DNA of 64,000 nt from Raillietiella orientalis. Lineage: Eukaryota. The position numbers were made by a program, and so were the translations under genes. Below are positions 38,671 to 50,591 of this stretch, one piece after another. Location of the stretch: contig JAYWIR010000030.1 of assembly GCA_036172245.1 (NCBI GenBank), positions 1,922,001-1,986,000 on the forward strand, read 5' to 3'. How positions within the stretch are numbered: the stretch's first letter is position 1; each line of letters opens with the position of its first letter. The notes below the pieces were generated by a model. The model made no database searches and had not been told where the DNA came from. It saw only the letters and a program-made list of their open reading frames with translations.

Positions 38671-40692
38671 GGTGTATGTGGCTACGTAGCCACAGCAAGT
38701 GAATGAGGGAATCTGCCGCCATCAAATATGTCGTGTGGTCGTTGGCAGCAATGGCCCACTGGGACTCCCGTTTAGTCTGTGCTTGGGGGCCCAAGGAACA
38801 CCAACGAACTGCATTGGACGGGAGACCTTCTGCTAAGTCCGCCGGGATGCGTGCACGTTCCTTGCGACGAGGTGGAGCGAGCCGGAACTCTCGAGCGCCA
38901 GCTGGCCGCCTCGGTGTTAGGCGAAGCAGTCGCTGCGCTGCTTGTGCAATGCTACCTTCAGCAGGACCGCCCTGAGGTGCTACTGGAGCCGTCCTGGAAT
39001 GGAGCTCCATATGTGCCACTTCCCGGTGCGTCCGCCTCCTCTCTCACCGGCCACTGTTCCCAGCTGTTCCGCCTTTTAGGCGTAGGAGCAAAATGATGCG
39101 GAGGAACAGGAAACGTGGGGACCAATAGCGAGTGGAGATGCCAACAGCTTGAACCAGGAACTCCTTCTGCAGCTCCTGGAATGCCTAGGTCGATTGCCTG
39201 CCTCTCTCGCTGTCTCATCTGCTCTCCATCTGGCGCAACAAGGTGATCTCTTTCATAGATCCCAACGTGTCCGAAGTGCGGCTAAGGTGGGGCACCGAGC
39301 CAGAGAGTATCTTCAACTCATGCTGTTCAGCATGCACTTCCAGCCGCTGTCGAACGCTTATAGGAAGACCCTGGCTACTCTACCTGCCCGTGCGTACTGT
39401 CTGTGCGGTCTTCGCGGAACAACCTGCTCCCCGTGCCCTCTTGCAGCGGCGAATCTCGGACCCTCTTCGAGCTGATCTTCCGGGAAGCGAACGTTTGCAT
39501 CACAGGACCTCAGTCACGGTAGGAGCATCGTTGGTCTGGATTATGAGTGACACTTCTCAGTACCTCGGTTTTCACAGTTCCAAGGGTTCAGAAAGAGGCT
39601 GGTCCGGTCAGGCACTGCGCGCCCACTCGTAGATGGAGAGTTCCGGAGTTGCCCATCGTGGAGTTTCCTGATCCGACCCCTACTTTTTGCTTGTCCCTGC
39701 CTTACGGAGCAAAGACTCGGACAAAGACCCTCCTTAGGTAAACCCTATGAAGCTCTCAGGGGTCCAAGGTTCACTATGTGGTCCCACGAGTGTAGCTTCG
39801 GTGCAGATGGAGATGTAGCCACAGCTCGGAAGACTGCCCTTGGTTTCCCACCCATGGAGTCCATGGTTGCGCCTCCCTGAATACCGAAATCTCAGTCGCG
39901 CCGTCGTCGAATGCGAAGGGTTGACGTCTCTTCCCAATGAAGTCCCCGGCATTCCTCTGAACAAGAGAACCTCCTCGACGGAAGAAAACGAAGACATCTC
40001 CTGTCTCCCCTCGGACTTTATTGCGCAAGAGTCAGAGATGTTTGCCACATGGACGAAGCGGTCGGAGGATGCCCGGCTGAGCTTCACTGTCTTTGCATCC
40101 TGAGGACGTCTCCCGAGGAGATGACGGATGGCCCAAAGAAGCGAATCCGCACGCTTGCCCCACCCATTACACTCAGAATCGTCCCCCTTGAGAGAAAGAA
40201 ATAACAGCAGCCAACCAGAAGGGTTGAAGTTCTCCTGAACCATCGCAGGTATGACCAAACCTCTCGGTGACTAGATGGCAATCCAGCTGGCCGACGCATT
40301 GCTACGACGAGAAGGAAACGGGGACTTGTGCGCAGTGAGGACCTTGTTCGTCTTTCTCAAGGGGAGCTGGTGATCCCACCTTGTTCCTGCACAGTTTTTG
40401 TCCCCATGCAACGGACGACTGTCCTGTTCATGAAAGAAGCACGTGCGCTCTAGAGACATCTCCACGCTGCCTCCGAGAGCAAGGAGACGGCCTCTGCTGG
40501 ATCAGGCAGCGAGGGAGGACGTCACCCATATAATAGACAAGAGGGACTAGATCCCGGTGATCCTTCCTTTCCTCATCATTTATTTTTCGTTTATCTACTG
40601 TTCCTTTCCCTTTGTAATCCTCATCCCTCTTTTTCCAGAGCAAGTGATGGAGAACATTGCGGCCTGTGATGACCCATCCGGTAGCAAACATT

Positions 40693-41046
40693 GACCCTCG
40701 AGTGTCAGAATCGCCAACCTGGAGCCAGTCCTGCACACCTGAACAGGGTAGTGAGGGAGATCGAGAATCCCTCACCCACCTGTTCTTGTCAGGAGCTCCC
40801 AAGCTTCTCCGAGATAGAGGGTCACTCGATGACGAGCTGACGCACTTACCAGACCACCCTAGCGCATTGAAAAGAATGCCCGCTTGCCGCTCGATTTCTT
40901 GGGAAACCTCTGCCTGGACACCTGATGGTTCCCTTGCAGGGAGACGAGGTCGAAGACGAGGTGCACAGGCTTCCACTGGCGTTTCCTCGTCTCCGTGGTG
41001 TAGCCCGTCCATCACGTATCCTCACGCGAACAGCATGAGGAGTCTG
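40693..41046. repeat. ~350-bp dispersed repeat, inverted relative to 45984-46333
   Basis: Long shared blocks in reverse complement (e.g. GACCCTCGAGTGTCAGAATCGCCAACCTGGA; TCGATTTCTTGGGAAACCTCTGCCTGGACACCTGATGGTTCCCT) with scattered substitutions and small indels. Confidence 0.93.
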
Positions 41047-42849
41047 CTTAATGGCTGGGAAGCGAGAAACTGCTTCTGCAACCACCCGGCGTGGAGATGC
41101 AGAGCCTTTCTTTGGCTCCTTCTTCTCCGCTTCCCATCCACCTGCCGGAGAACTCCAGATGCGGCGGACATTTTCGGAGGCCTTGGTCTATCCGGACCCA
41201 TCCTAACTCATCTCTTTCGGCTGTAGAAACGTCTTTTCTGCTGTTCTCTGAACCTTTTGTGATCACTACCAGGAAAGGTTTGAACGGCAAGAAAGCCAGA
41301 AAGACTCCCGACCATTCCTCGCCGCGAACTTCATCCATCTGCTTCAAGCAGACGGCCGGCATGGAGGAATGCGAAAGTCCCTTCTCGGCAGTCATCCTCC
41401 GTCTCCGGAGAGCAGCGGCGGTGGAGAGGGAGGCGCAGGGAAGCGCTTGGCAAAGTAACAACACTCTCGTGCCGAGTGCGCCGAAATGACCCTGACCGGC
41501 GGCGAAAAGAGTGTCTCGGAGGCCAAGCGATGGGGAAACCGGAGACAGATCGCTTTGAGGAAGCACCCCCGTTTCCGCCGCGGGTCCTCGGGAACCGTCT
41601 TAGGAAGTGGATCTCTTCCCCTTGCTTACTTATTCATCCATCGTCCTTTTGCTGCGCTCTTCCCAAGCCCTGAGAATACACCGACAGTTTGTCTTTCTCA
41701 ACGCTCTTCGCCTTCAAAAAAAAAATGTTATTTATTTATTTAAATAGATGGATCCAGCACAGCCGGGAGGAATGAGACGCGGCCTGAGTTGTTTATTATT
41801 TATTTATTGTTAATAAATGGTTTGGCGCGACAGTGACGGAGATGCGCGCGTTTCCACTCACACGCAAGAGCGCGCGCACGCGCCGTGTGCGGGTGCCGGT
41901 CGTTGCCAATACGCGTACCTGAGCCGCAGACCAACCGATTAGCACCGAGACTGGAGCATCGCCAAAGATCGGGGATGGAGATGCGTGCCGACGACACAAC
42001 CGCTGCTGGGAGCATCTTCGCGAGACCCGATGGGAGTCGAAAGCATCCCTGCAACCTTCTTCCTTCCTGACGCTCGACGACCCTATACCTCTCGACGCGA
42101 GTTCCTTAAACCAGCCTGGACTGAGCTGCCGATCCCGCAAAAGTCCTGGAAACAAAAACTCTGGCAAAAAGACTTGGGCGAATCGCTTGTTTTGTCCCCT
42201 TCAACAGAGACACGAGCACCTCTCTGAAGCGAGCGAGCGTCACGGTCACAAGTCTTCACTTGACAAACGACCATAAATCTGTCCACAAGGAAGATCTTCG
42301 CTCCTTCTTCTTCAGGATCCCTCGGATGCACCATGGGCGCGTAGATTGGGGAGATGCTCTTCTCCGGGGTCGACAAACCGGATAGATGACCCGACCCATG
42401 GAGTCTTCGGCCGCTGGGATGTACAAGAGAATCTGACACTTACATCTCAAGAAAAAGAACCATGCCACGAGTAGATCCACTGGCGGGTGGACAACTCGTG
42501 GTTTCCACTGTTGACCAGCTCTGTCGTTCTTGAACAGACCTGGTTAAAAGCCAGGCATTCAGACGTTTTCTAGTCTCCAAATCGCTCTGCTGAACGAGCA
42601 TCAGAGCGATTTACAGTGAGGCTGCCAGCACGAAGGAAAGGTGCGTTCGAAAGAACATGAGGCCTGTAAGGACCCTGGGGTAAACTCTCCCTAATGGAGC
42701 AGCGCTGATCTCTCTCTCGGAAGAGACGGGACGCAAACATCCCGATGAAAGAAGTGGTGGCGGTCCTGTGGATGGATCTCAAAGATCACTGAGTGTCTTG
42801 GTGGCTGGGTCATCGGGGATTTCCCGACTACGACTTCGTGCACGCTGTC

Positions 42850-43300
42850 CTCCTAAGCACTTAGTCCACGCGTGTCGCGCCCGCAAGAAAGGAGGATCGT
42901 GTGCGGAAGGTGTTCTGTGGCGAAGATTCACGCGCTACTACTCCGCTTTCGTCTCCAAGAGGCACGACCGTTTGGTCAACCTGACCAAGGAGGTGACCCA
43001 GGAAAAATGGAAGTCGCGGAACTCCAACTAGCCCAGTATCTTCCGGTCAGCTCAAGGCCACGGCGTCCTAACGTTATGCTCCAGGACGAAGGGTCCAGTC
43101 ATCATGTTCGATGCTCTCTGTATAAGGAGACGGAAGAAGCGCAGAGACTAAAGGAAACCAAACGCCGAGAGCTCCTTCAGAGGGAGCAATGGATGCTGCG
43201 AGGGCGCTGGTAGTCTTTGAAGATAATTCTAGAGTCTTCGAGCAAGGAATGAATGGGTGCTTAGAGAACTCTAGCAACGAAACTGCAGTGTAACCTCTTC
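42850..43300 (+). mobile_element. Decayed restriction-like endonuclease (RLE) domain of an R2/NeSL-type retrotransposon
   Basis: KRHDRLV (~42957; RHD/N motif), RRPNVML (~43061; RPD), IMFDALC (~43101) and AQRLKETKRREL (~43140; cf. KxxKY), in canonical order across frameshifts. Confidence 0.65.
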
Positions 43301-43304
43301 AAGA

Positions 43305-44880
43305 TAGGGGAAATCCGGAAAGGAGACTTCCCTATGCATCCAGCAGGCTCCGGAAGGAATCATTTCTTCTTACGCTTGGTAGGCGATCCCGAAGGGAACC
43401 TCTTCCTTATCCTTTCCAGAGGGACCCCCCGGTTTGTGGGAATCTCTCATTATTTCCTCTCCGGCGAGAACCCGGAAAGGATCTGCTCTCGGAATGCCTT
43501 CTCCGGATGGAACTCACAAGGGAATCGCTCCTTGTTACTCCTCTGAAGAAAACCTTGAAGAAACGCTTCCCAATTTCCCTGAAGGGAGCTCCTCGAATAA
43601 CCCCAGAGTGTCAGCTTGAGTTCTGACACTCTGGAGAGGTAACTAACCGAAGAGGGTGCCAACCACCTCTATGGTAGCGACGAAAGGTACCCCCCAGGCT
43701 CCATTCTCAAAGGGAACCGGGCAGCGACACCGGGTGCCCCGTTAAACAGTCATGCATCGGCAAAATGGGAGATTGACGTGAAGATCTCTGAGACGGAGAA
43801 GAGGATGGGGGAATGAAGAATGGACCAGCTGACCAACGCTGTGACCCCGAGTACAACCCCACACGGACTCTTGAGCTGGGGCGAGCTGCTGGATGTTCCT
43901 GAAGAACATCTGAAGTGACTCCCGGTACTTATGGACACGCGCACCTTCCCATGAAGTGGCAGCATTCGGCGCTTTTGGTGCTGCATTAAGGTCTCCCATG
44001 CAACGCCCGCCGTCACCCCTGGATGCGGAGGGGTATCGGCCCAATTGTGTTAGGTCTGGGGAGCGAGAATCCCTCCCCAAACTGTTAGTGGACTGTGTTG
44101 CCCTCTGGTCCCTCTGGAAAAGCTTTTCCGCGTCCCTGGAAACCCCCTCAGCTCCACGAACGCTTTAAAACTCCTCTTCCTTCGCGACTCCCTTCGGCCA
44201 GCGGCCTTCCTTGCAGCCTTTTGCTGCCTACGCGGGATCGTCGCAGCCTGGAGCAAAGAAACGGGAGGACCCAGTGATAGGGATGCCAGCGAATACTCCG
44301 TCCGCTTCCTGAGGATGGCGATACGATGACCCCACCTGGAATCCCATATTCAGGAAGTGTTTGCCGGCATCCTCCAGAGGATGTGACGGACCCTCCCAGC
44401 AGACTGTGATCTCTTCCTGCGTCCTCCCCAGATCATTTATTTATTTCTGACTTTTGTTTTTCTTTTTGTTCATACCTCTTTCCCCTCTGCTGCCGAAGTG
44501 GACGGTACCTGTCTGCGAACCGGTGACCCGGCAGGCTTTGTACATCTAGCGCGTGGATGGACCACTGGTCCAGCCATAGTTTTTTTAAATGTTTTATTCG
44601 AAAGAATAAACGCCCCGGCGAATCCGGGTGAGAATCGTAGGGAACCGGTTCTGTGATCCCTGGAAAGACCCAAGAGGGTCAACTTCCAATCCCAAGTCAG
44701 TCAACAGAGGCATCCGATTTTCATCTTTCACCAGTACGGTGCCCGAAGCCAATCAGTGTAATCCTGATGGGGGCTCGAAACCCAAGACGCACCTGTTTTT
44801 CGGGATCGATCCTCCACATGGGAATTCGAACCCTCAAAGCTTCAGTACCACGCGAGGAGAACGCAGCCACGCGGCCGTCA
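43305..44880 (-). mobile_element. Second SINE-like copy, interrupted by a 918-bp insertion
   Basis: 43305-43720 and 44639-44850 match consecutive parts of 38160-38650. B-box at ~44820-44833. 12-bp perfect stem at 43603-43634. Confidence 0.7.
43721..44638 (+). mobile_element. 5'-truncated L1/Tx1-like LINE 3' end with 10-bp TSD (copy 2 of 3)
   Basis: AGGGAACCGG at 43711-43720 and 44639-44648. Zinc-binding remnant NCVRSGERESLPKLLVDC..W, family peptide CCLRGIVAA..YSVRFLRMA..AGILQRM, T-rich UTR, and AATAAA at 44605. Confidence 0.8.
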
Positions 44881-45983
44881 GCGTGGGCAGAAGTCAGCAC
44901 AGCTGAGATGTGCAGTAGTGGGTGCGCGTTCTGAGCCATCATGCAAGATGAGCAGTGACCACGGACGCCGCATGACTCTTCCGACCAGATGACCAGACGG
45001 TGAAGGTGGCGGCAAATCATCACGACCGTTCATTTCGTACAGCAAGTAATTCTGGATGCAGTTTGATCCTCAATGTAACTTTTTGATTATTTTCTCGGGA
45101 TAATTTCTAGCTTCAATGGGGCAGGAGCACAATTCAAAAGACATCTTGATGTCCTGGAATGGAACTCACTTGGTGCTTTCTCATGCGATTGTATCCAGCT
45201 GCTTTCTTAGATGATCCTTTTTATGGGAATCCGGACGAAATTTTGAAGTCCTGAGAGAGCTCTTTCAACTCTCAAACGCCGTTCTCATTCTGACCCAGAC
45301 GCTCACGATCTCACCTAGAGCGCGGCACGCGGTCAACTATGTTTCCCCGAATAAGTCATACATCATTCCCTAGGAACGGCTGGTTCTCTTGAGCTGCAAT
45401 TTTTTCGAAATCAGTTCGAGTTCAGGTGCAGCTCTTTCTTTTCAGGTTCAGGTTCAGCCACCTCACCACGAACATTCGCAGTCTTGTTCTCGGCCTCTTG
45501 AAACAGGGTGGTGCAGTGCAGGGTGCTTTATTAAGAACACCCATCTGGGTGAGGAGTGAATGGAAAAAGAAGAAGAAAGAAAAAGAGGGTGTCTGTTCGA
45601 GTCAACTGTGAGGAGTGTTGAGCTGAACAGAACAAGACAGAGAAAACGCAAAAGAGCTGCTGATGGTGGAGACAGCCACGTAGAGCGGATGACAAGGGAA
45701 GAAGGAAGGACCACTGTTTAAGAGCGACAGCAGATGCTTGGAAACCACGTCCGAGTGATCGCATCACGGCAGATGGCAGTATGAAGCCTGCTGGACCTTG
45801 CTCCGGCTACTGCAGGTACCTTCGAGACCGCGATTGGGCAACCGCGGGACCACATCGACCTGCTTCAGGGCTTGATAGAAAAGCAGAGGGCAATGTCAAC
45901 GTCTGACAGCCGCAGGCGCGTCACCCGTGTCCGCGAGTTAGCGGAAAACCCGTCGCTCCCTTCCCAATCATTAAGCTGTGGAT

Positions 45984-46333
45984 CAGACTCCTCCCGTCGT
46001 TCGCGTGAGGCCACGTGATGGACGGGCTATACCACGGAGACCAGGAAAAGCCAGTGGTAGCCTGCGCGTCTCCGACCTCGTCTTCCTGCGAGGGAACCAT
46101 CAGGTGTCCAGGCAGAGGTTTCCCAAGAAATCGAGCGGCAAGCGGGCATTCGTTCCAATGCGCTAGGGTGGTCTGGTGGGTGGGTCAGCTCGTCATCGAA
46201 TGATACTCTATCTCGGAGAAGCTTGGGAACTCCTGACAACAACAGGTGGGTGAGGGATTTCTCCACCTCCCTCACTACCCTGTTCAGGTGTGCAGGACTG
46301 GTTCCAGGTTGGCGATTCTGACACTCGAGGGTC
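45984..46333. repeat. Partner of the 40693-41046 repeat (inverted)
   Basis: See 40693-41046. Confidence 0.93.
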
Positions 46334-46999
46334 GATCTTTGTCAGCCGGTCATTCCGAGGGAGAGTTTGCGGTCTCCATCACGTCCAGGAGAGGGACAAT
46401 GAGGTCTCTCTAGAGGAAGCCGGCTGACCGTGATGGGGAAGTCATGGAGTAGGCGAACCCCGTAAGGTTTGCGGGAACGGCGGCACTTGCTTTCCTCTCC
46501 ATGACTATCAAGTCCTCCTCTTTGTCCGTCCTGGAAGAACGCGCCATCTTCATCGAGTGGCTTGAAGGATTGGCTTCTGGTCCCCCGACTTGTGGATTGA
46601 TGAACCGACAAGTCCCGAGGCATGACCTTGCTGTGCTGCTCTTTGGACGAGATCTTCAAGCGCCCCATTACAGAGTCATGCAGCAGTCGAACCTGCGATT
46701 TTCGTAGAATGTGATCACTAGATCAGAGGAAGGGGATGCTGAAGCAACTTCGGTTGAAGGATGGCTGCCACCAGGTCACACTAAAGTGGTCATTGCCTTC
46801 CAAGAACTACAAAAAAATTCAATGCAGGATGCTGAGTCCTACATCATTCAGAAGTTTTAGGTGGGTCACTGACCCGCAGGCCGGTTTATGACAAGGTCAT
46901 CATAGCGAAGTCTTGAAAAATCTACGGAAGTTTGGTTAAAAGGGGGGGGCGTCGGTCATCTGGTTGCGACCTGTGCATCTCGCAAACCTCGGCTGGATC

Positions 47000-47750
47000 C
47001 GAGGTTGCAAGTCGACTTTTGACAAGGAAGCCTGTGTGACCACCTCCCTTTCACTCTCCAAAACAGAGGAAGTTTCTTGAAGCGCTCTCTCTTGGACATC
47101 TCGCAGGCGCCATGGATGTGAGGGACCCTCTTCCTCTCACGTTCCACCAAACGGATTGACTCTCCCACTGCTGTTTGTCGAAGCCGCACCGCTCGGTGAC
47201 GCGTATGACCAAAGTCTGGAGCATTCGTCCAGCATTCCTCCGCAGGGGACTTCTTATTCGGAAGGGATGTTTGGACGCTGAGTTGAAAGCTTCCCTGATC
47301 CATCTCAGCTCCTTGATACTTCTGTCTTTTTCACGATCTCCCGCTTGATGCAACGAGAAGTGGCCTTTTGCTCCTCTGCTACTGCAGACATCTCCGTTGA
47401 CCTGGCATCGGAACGAACGTGTGACGCATGCATCTGTCAGGAGGACAGCTCGGCTCTCCTCACCACGCCATCAGGAAGACGCAGACCCAAGCCGTCCCTC
47501 TCGCTGCAGGCGCCAGCCCCCCGTCTCTTCCTCTTCCTTCGGATTCGGCGGTATCAGACAGCAGACAACGGGTATTAAGTGCCGCAAAGTTGGGTGTTCG
47601 CAGCTGCTGGCGTTCGCAAGGCGGACCCGACGCATGTCTTCTTCTCTCACTAACCGGTGCTGTTGTCTGAGAATTCTATGTGGAGGATCCTCGATAGGGG
47701 ACAAGCCGAGAAGTCTGCCGGCAGATGGTTGCCAACGTTGCGGACATGTT
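47000..47750 (-). mobile_element. Possible Ty3/gypsy pol remnant
   Basis: SPIEDPPHRILRQQHRLVREE (cf. PIxxxPYR..VxEE), PVV..PKEEEETGGWRL (cf. SPxVxVxKKxGxWR) and VLLTDAC (cf. RNase H TDAS). Heavily deleted. Confidence 0.35.
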
Positions 47751-49989
47751 CTGATCACATCACACTCCGCCTTCTCATAGAGTTTACGAAGAAGTCTCCC
47801 CCCCTGCGAAAAAACAGAAGCGAGAGCTTCCTCGATCAGCCTTGGAGGTCAAGGAAGACAAAGGTGTAAATGAAGAGGGAGAACAGAAACATCCGTGGCC
47901 GAGAGTAAGGCCTCATAGCACCAGCTAGGGAGTATCTCTCTCAAAGTATTCTATCAGGGAGTCGAGTCTACGACCTAGAGGATTGTCCAGACTCCCCCGC
48001 GATCCATCTGGTCTCTTCATCTCCATCTCCTGAAGAGGTTATGGTGCTCGCGGGTGGCTTCGTTTGTTCCTGTGACCTTTCTTGTTCTTCCAGCATATGT
48101 CTTGGGGGTATCGTGTGTGTTTGAGCACAGATACGCTTCTTTCCTGATGCGCTCGCCTCCCAAGAGGCATCTCGAGTTCTCTTTCATGGAGTCGTCGTTT
48201 GCCGTATCCCGTAAATCCCAGAGCGATCACTCGCACAGATGCAGGTGCTCCCCTGGAGACCAGATGAGATCCAGTCTTCGCTCTGCTTCTTCCAGAGCAG
48301 CAGAAGGAACAGCACAAATAAAACGGCTCCGTGGATCTGCCGCTGTTTCTCAAGCAGGTCTTCTTGAGAATCTGGGACGGCACTGGAGGACGGTGAAGAG
48401 CAAAGTGGAACTGTCATGCGAACTCGCGCTCTGCTCTTGCGAACTCGGTCACCGAGGAGCGGCGAGACTGCATCTCCGCATAGCCGACTTCCGCAGACGA
48501 GGCAGCAGATAAACCTGGAGCCTGGGACCTCTTTCCGCCAGTGACCGGACCATTCCGGTGAGTACCCCTCCGCGAGAGACCGGCAGGTGCAAGTAATCGC
48601 CGTTCTCGTCGGCAATGTTCCTACATTTTCGCGTTATGGTGAGGAAGATTACGTCAGCTGGATGGGTGGACACTCCCCCCATCTTGCTTCCTTGACATAG
48701 ATTGATGTGGATAACCCTTGCGTCACCTGGGACGCACTGCGAGGAGATTCGTCGAGGACTCGACAACCACTGTTTGTCCCCGATCCCATGCAAGAGCGCG
48801 TCGTGGTCCCGCTGCCGGTGCAGAAAGACACAGTCTCGAAAAAGCAAAATTTCTAGTCCCGAAAAACGCAATTCTCATATCAAAAAGGGCCATTCAGGAG
48901 GAATAGGTAATTGGCGGCTGCTCTGGTTATTTACAGAGATCGTTCTTTTTTGCCTGATACTGCATTGAGTATAAGATGGGCAGGAGGAAGGCGCCCAACA
49001 ACCAGCAACCGGCACAGGAGTTGAAGTACTGCGACAGGCCGGAGCTTTTTATGTTCTCCACCTCAGAAGTGGCGAATCCTTATAATGCAGCAGAAAATGT
49101 TTGAGGAATCGCTCCTCCGCAAAAAGGCTGTGATAAACGATTCGGCGTACGAGGCCATTCAGCGGTGAAGGATGAAAGTCTAAAAGCTGACCGCCCTTGG
49201 CACTGCGAAAGCAGGAAACTGTGTCATTGCCACGGCCGACTTTCAAATGGACAGAGTGCACTTGCAAAACCTGCAGACCGCAGCCACTCTCCAGACGCAA
49301 GTGCCGCGAGGGTTTCGAAGAATCCCAGGAGCGTAAACGCAGGAGGAAAATGCAAGAAACTCCCCAGCCAAGTTATCCGGTCGTGTGTGACTTTTATCCC
49401 TGAACGTGTAGCGCCATGTTTGCCTCCAAAACACGCTCTTTGTCAGGGAATAAAAAGAATTCGACGTGCCCAACGACCTATAAACACGCGTCCGTATGAA
49501 GCGCTTCGCTTTATAAACGCATATTAGAAGATTTGATGGGTTTTGCAAGAGAAGATGGAATTCAGTTGAAGAACCAAGCCAAGATGACAGATTTCTAATG
49601 AGGTACAGTACGATCTAGGCTTCTAAGAAGTGGATTTGGAGGTGCTACCGATAAGGCCTGCCTTTTTCATCCAGCGCGACGCATTGGGCGGAAGATCCAG
49701 ATGAGCAGATTGGCCACGGGATGCGACAGCGAAAAAAAGGTCAAATTAAAAATGCGTCATTTGTCCGCCTTGGCATTTCTTCCAGGTAATGAAATTTCAG
49801 GAGCTTTCGATAGATGAAAGACGCATTTGCCTGAAGAAGCCAGCCAAGTTGCTGACTGGCTCGAAAAAAATGAGGTGCACCGGAAGGGTTTTCACCCGGC
49901 CACGCCGGAGCATTCATTTTAAAGAGAAACACGCAAATACGGCAGGCCAGTGTGTCCCACAGAGTCGAACAATCCTCTAGGGGATGCAA

Positions 49990-50500
49990 ACGAGGTCCGC
50001 AAACGGAGCTGAGGGGAGCAGGGTAAGAAGGGAAGAACACACACAAACACACACACACACAAAAAAAAAAACAACGTAAAATAAACGAGAACAGTTGGTC
50101 CTCGTGGCTGGAGGACAAGGCAAGAATCACTGCCCGCTCCGTTGGGTCCTCTGCATCCCGTGCAGGATGCCGGTATGTTTCTCCTGATGGCGTGCCAGAC
50201 TGAACCATCTCGTCGCGATCCGCAGCAAGCGGATTGAGAAGCGGATGTTTTCCCGTTGCTGCTCGCAGAGACGCTGCCACGGAAGCAGCACACAGAGAGG
50301 CAGGAAGGAGGCTTGGATCGGAAGGAGGCTTGGAACTCTGCGCAAAGAACTTCTTCACAGGAGCACTGGGCTTCTCCATGGGATAGAGAAGGCCGCAGAA
50401 AATCCACAATGCCCGGAGGACATCACGATGTTTCTCTGCCCCCGTACGAGGCGAAGCATAAGACGGACAACCTCCTGCGGAAAGCACTACGAGACTTCAC
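49990..50500 (-). mobile_element. Decayed 3' part of an L1/Tx1-like LINE (copy 3 of 3)
   Basis: CCFRGSVSA..FSIRLLRIA..TGILHGMQRT is homologous to 2.8-3.0 kb and 44.2-44.4 kb. It is followed by a T-rich/(TG)n tract. Confidence 0.55.
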
Positions 50501-50591
50501 TTAACGTCGAAGGTTTGTCTAAGTGAGCCGGCTGCTCCAAGAAGGGATGCAGGACTCGCCATGTCGATGTTAAAGAAGATGAGACTCCAGC

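Noticed and set aside
39734..40258. RNA-virus RdRp (LKGDDS)
   Set aside because: Isolated motif with no upstream motif A or B.
44950..45420. Alternative genetic code (stop read-through) in protein-like frames
   Set aside because: Stop density is about what random sequence gives, frameshifts are common elsewhere, and the host genes use the standard code.
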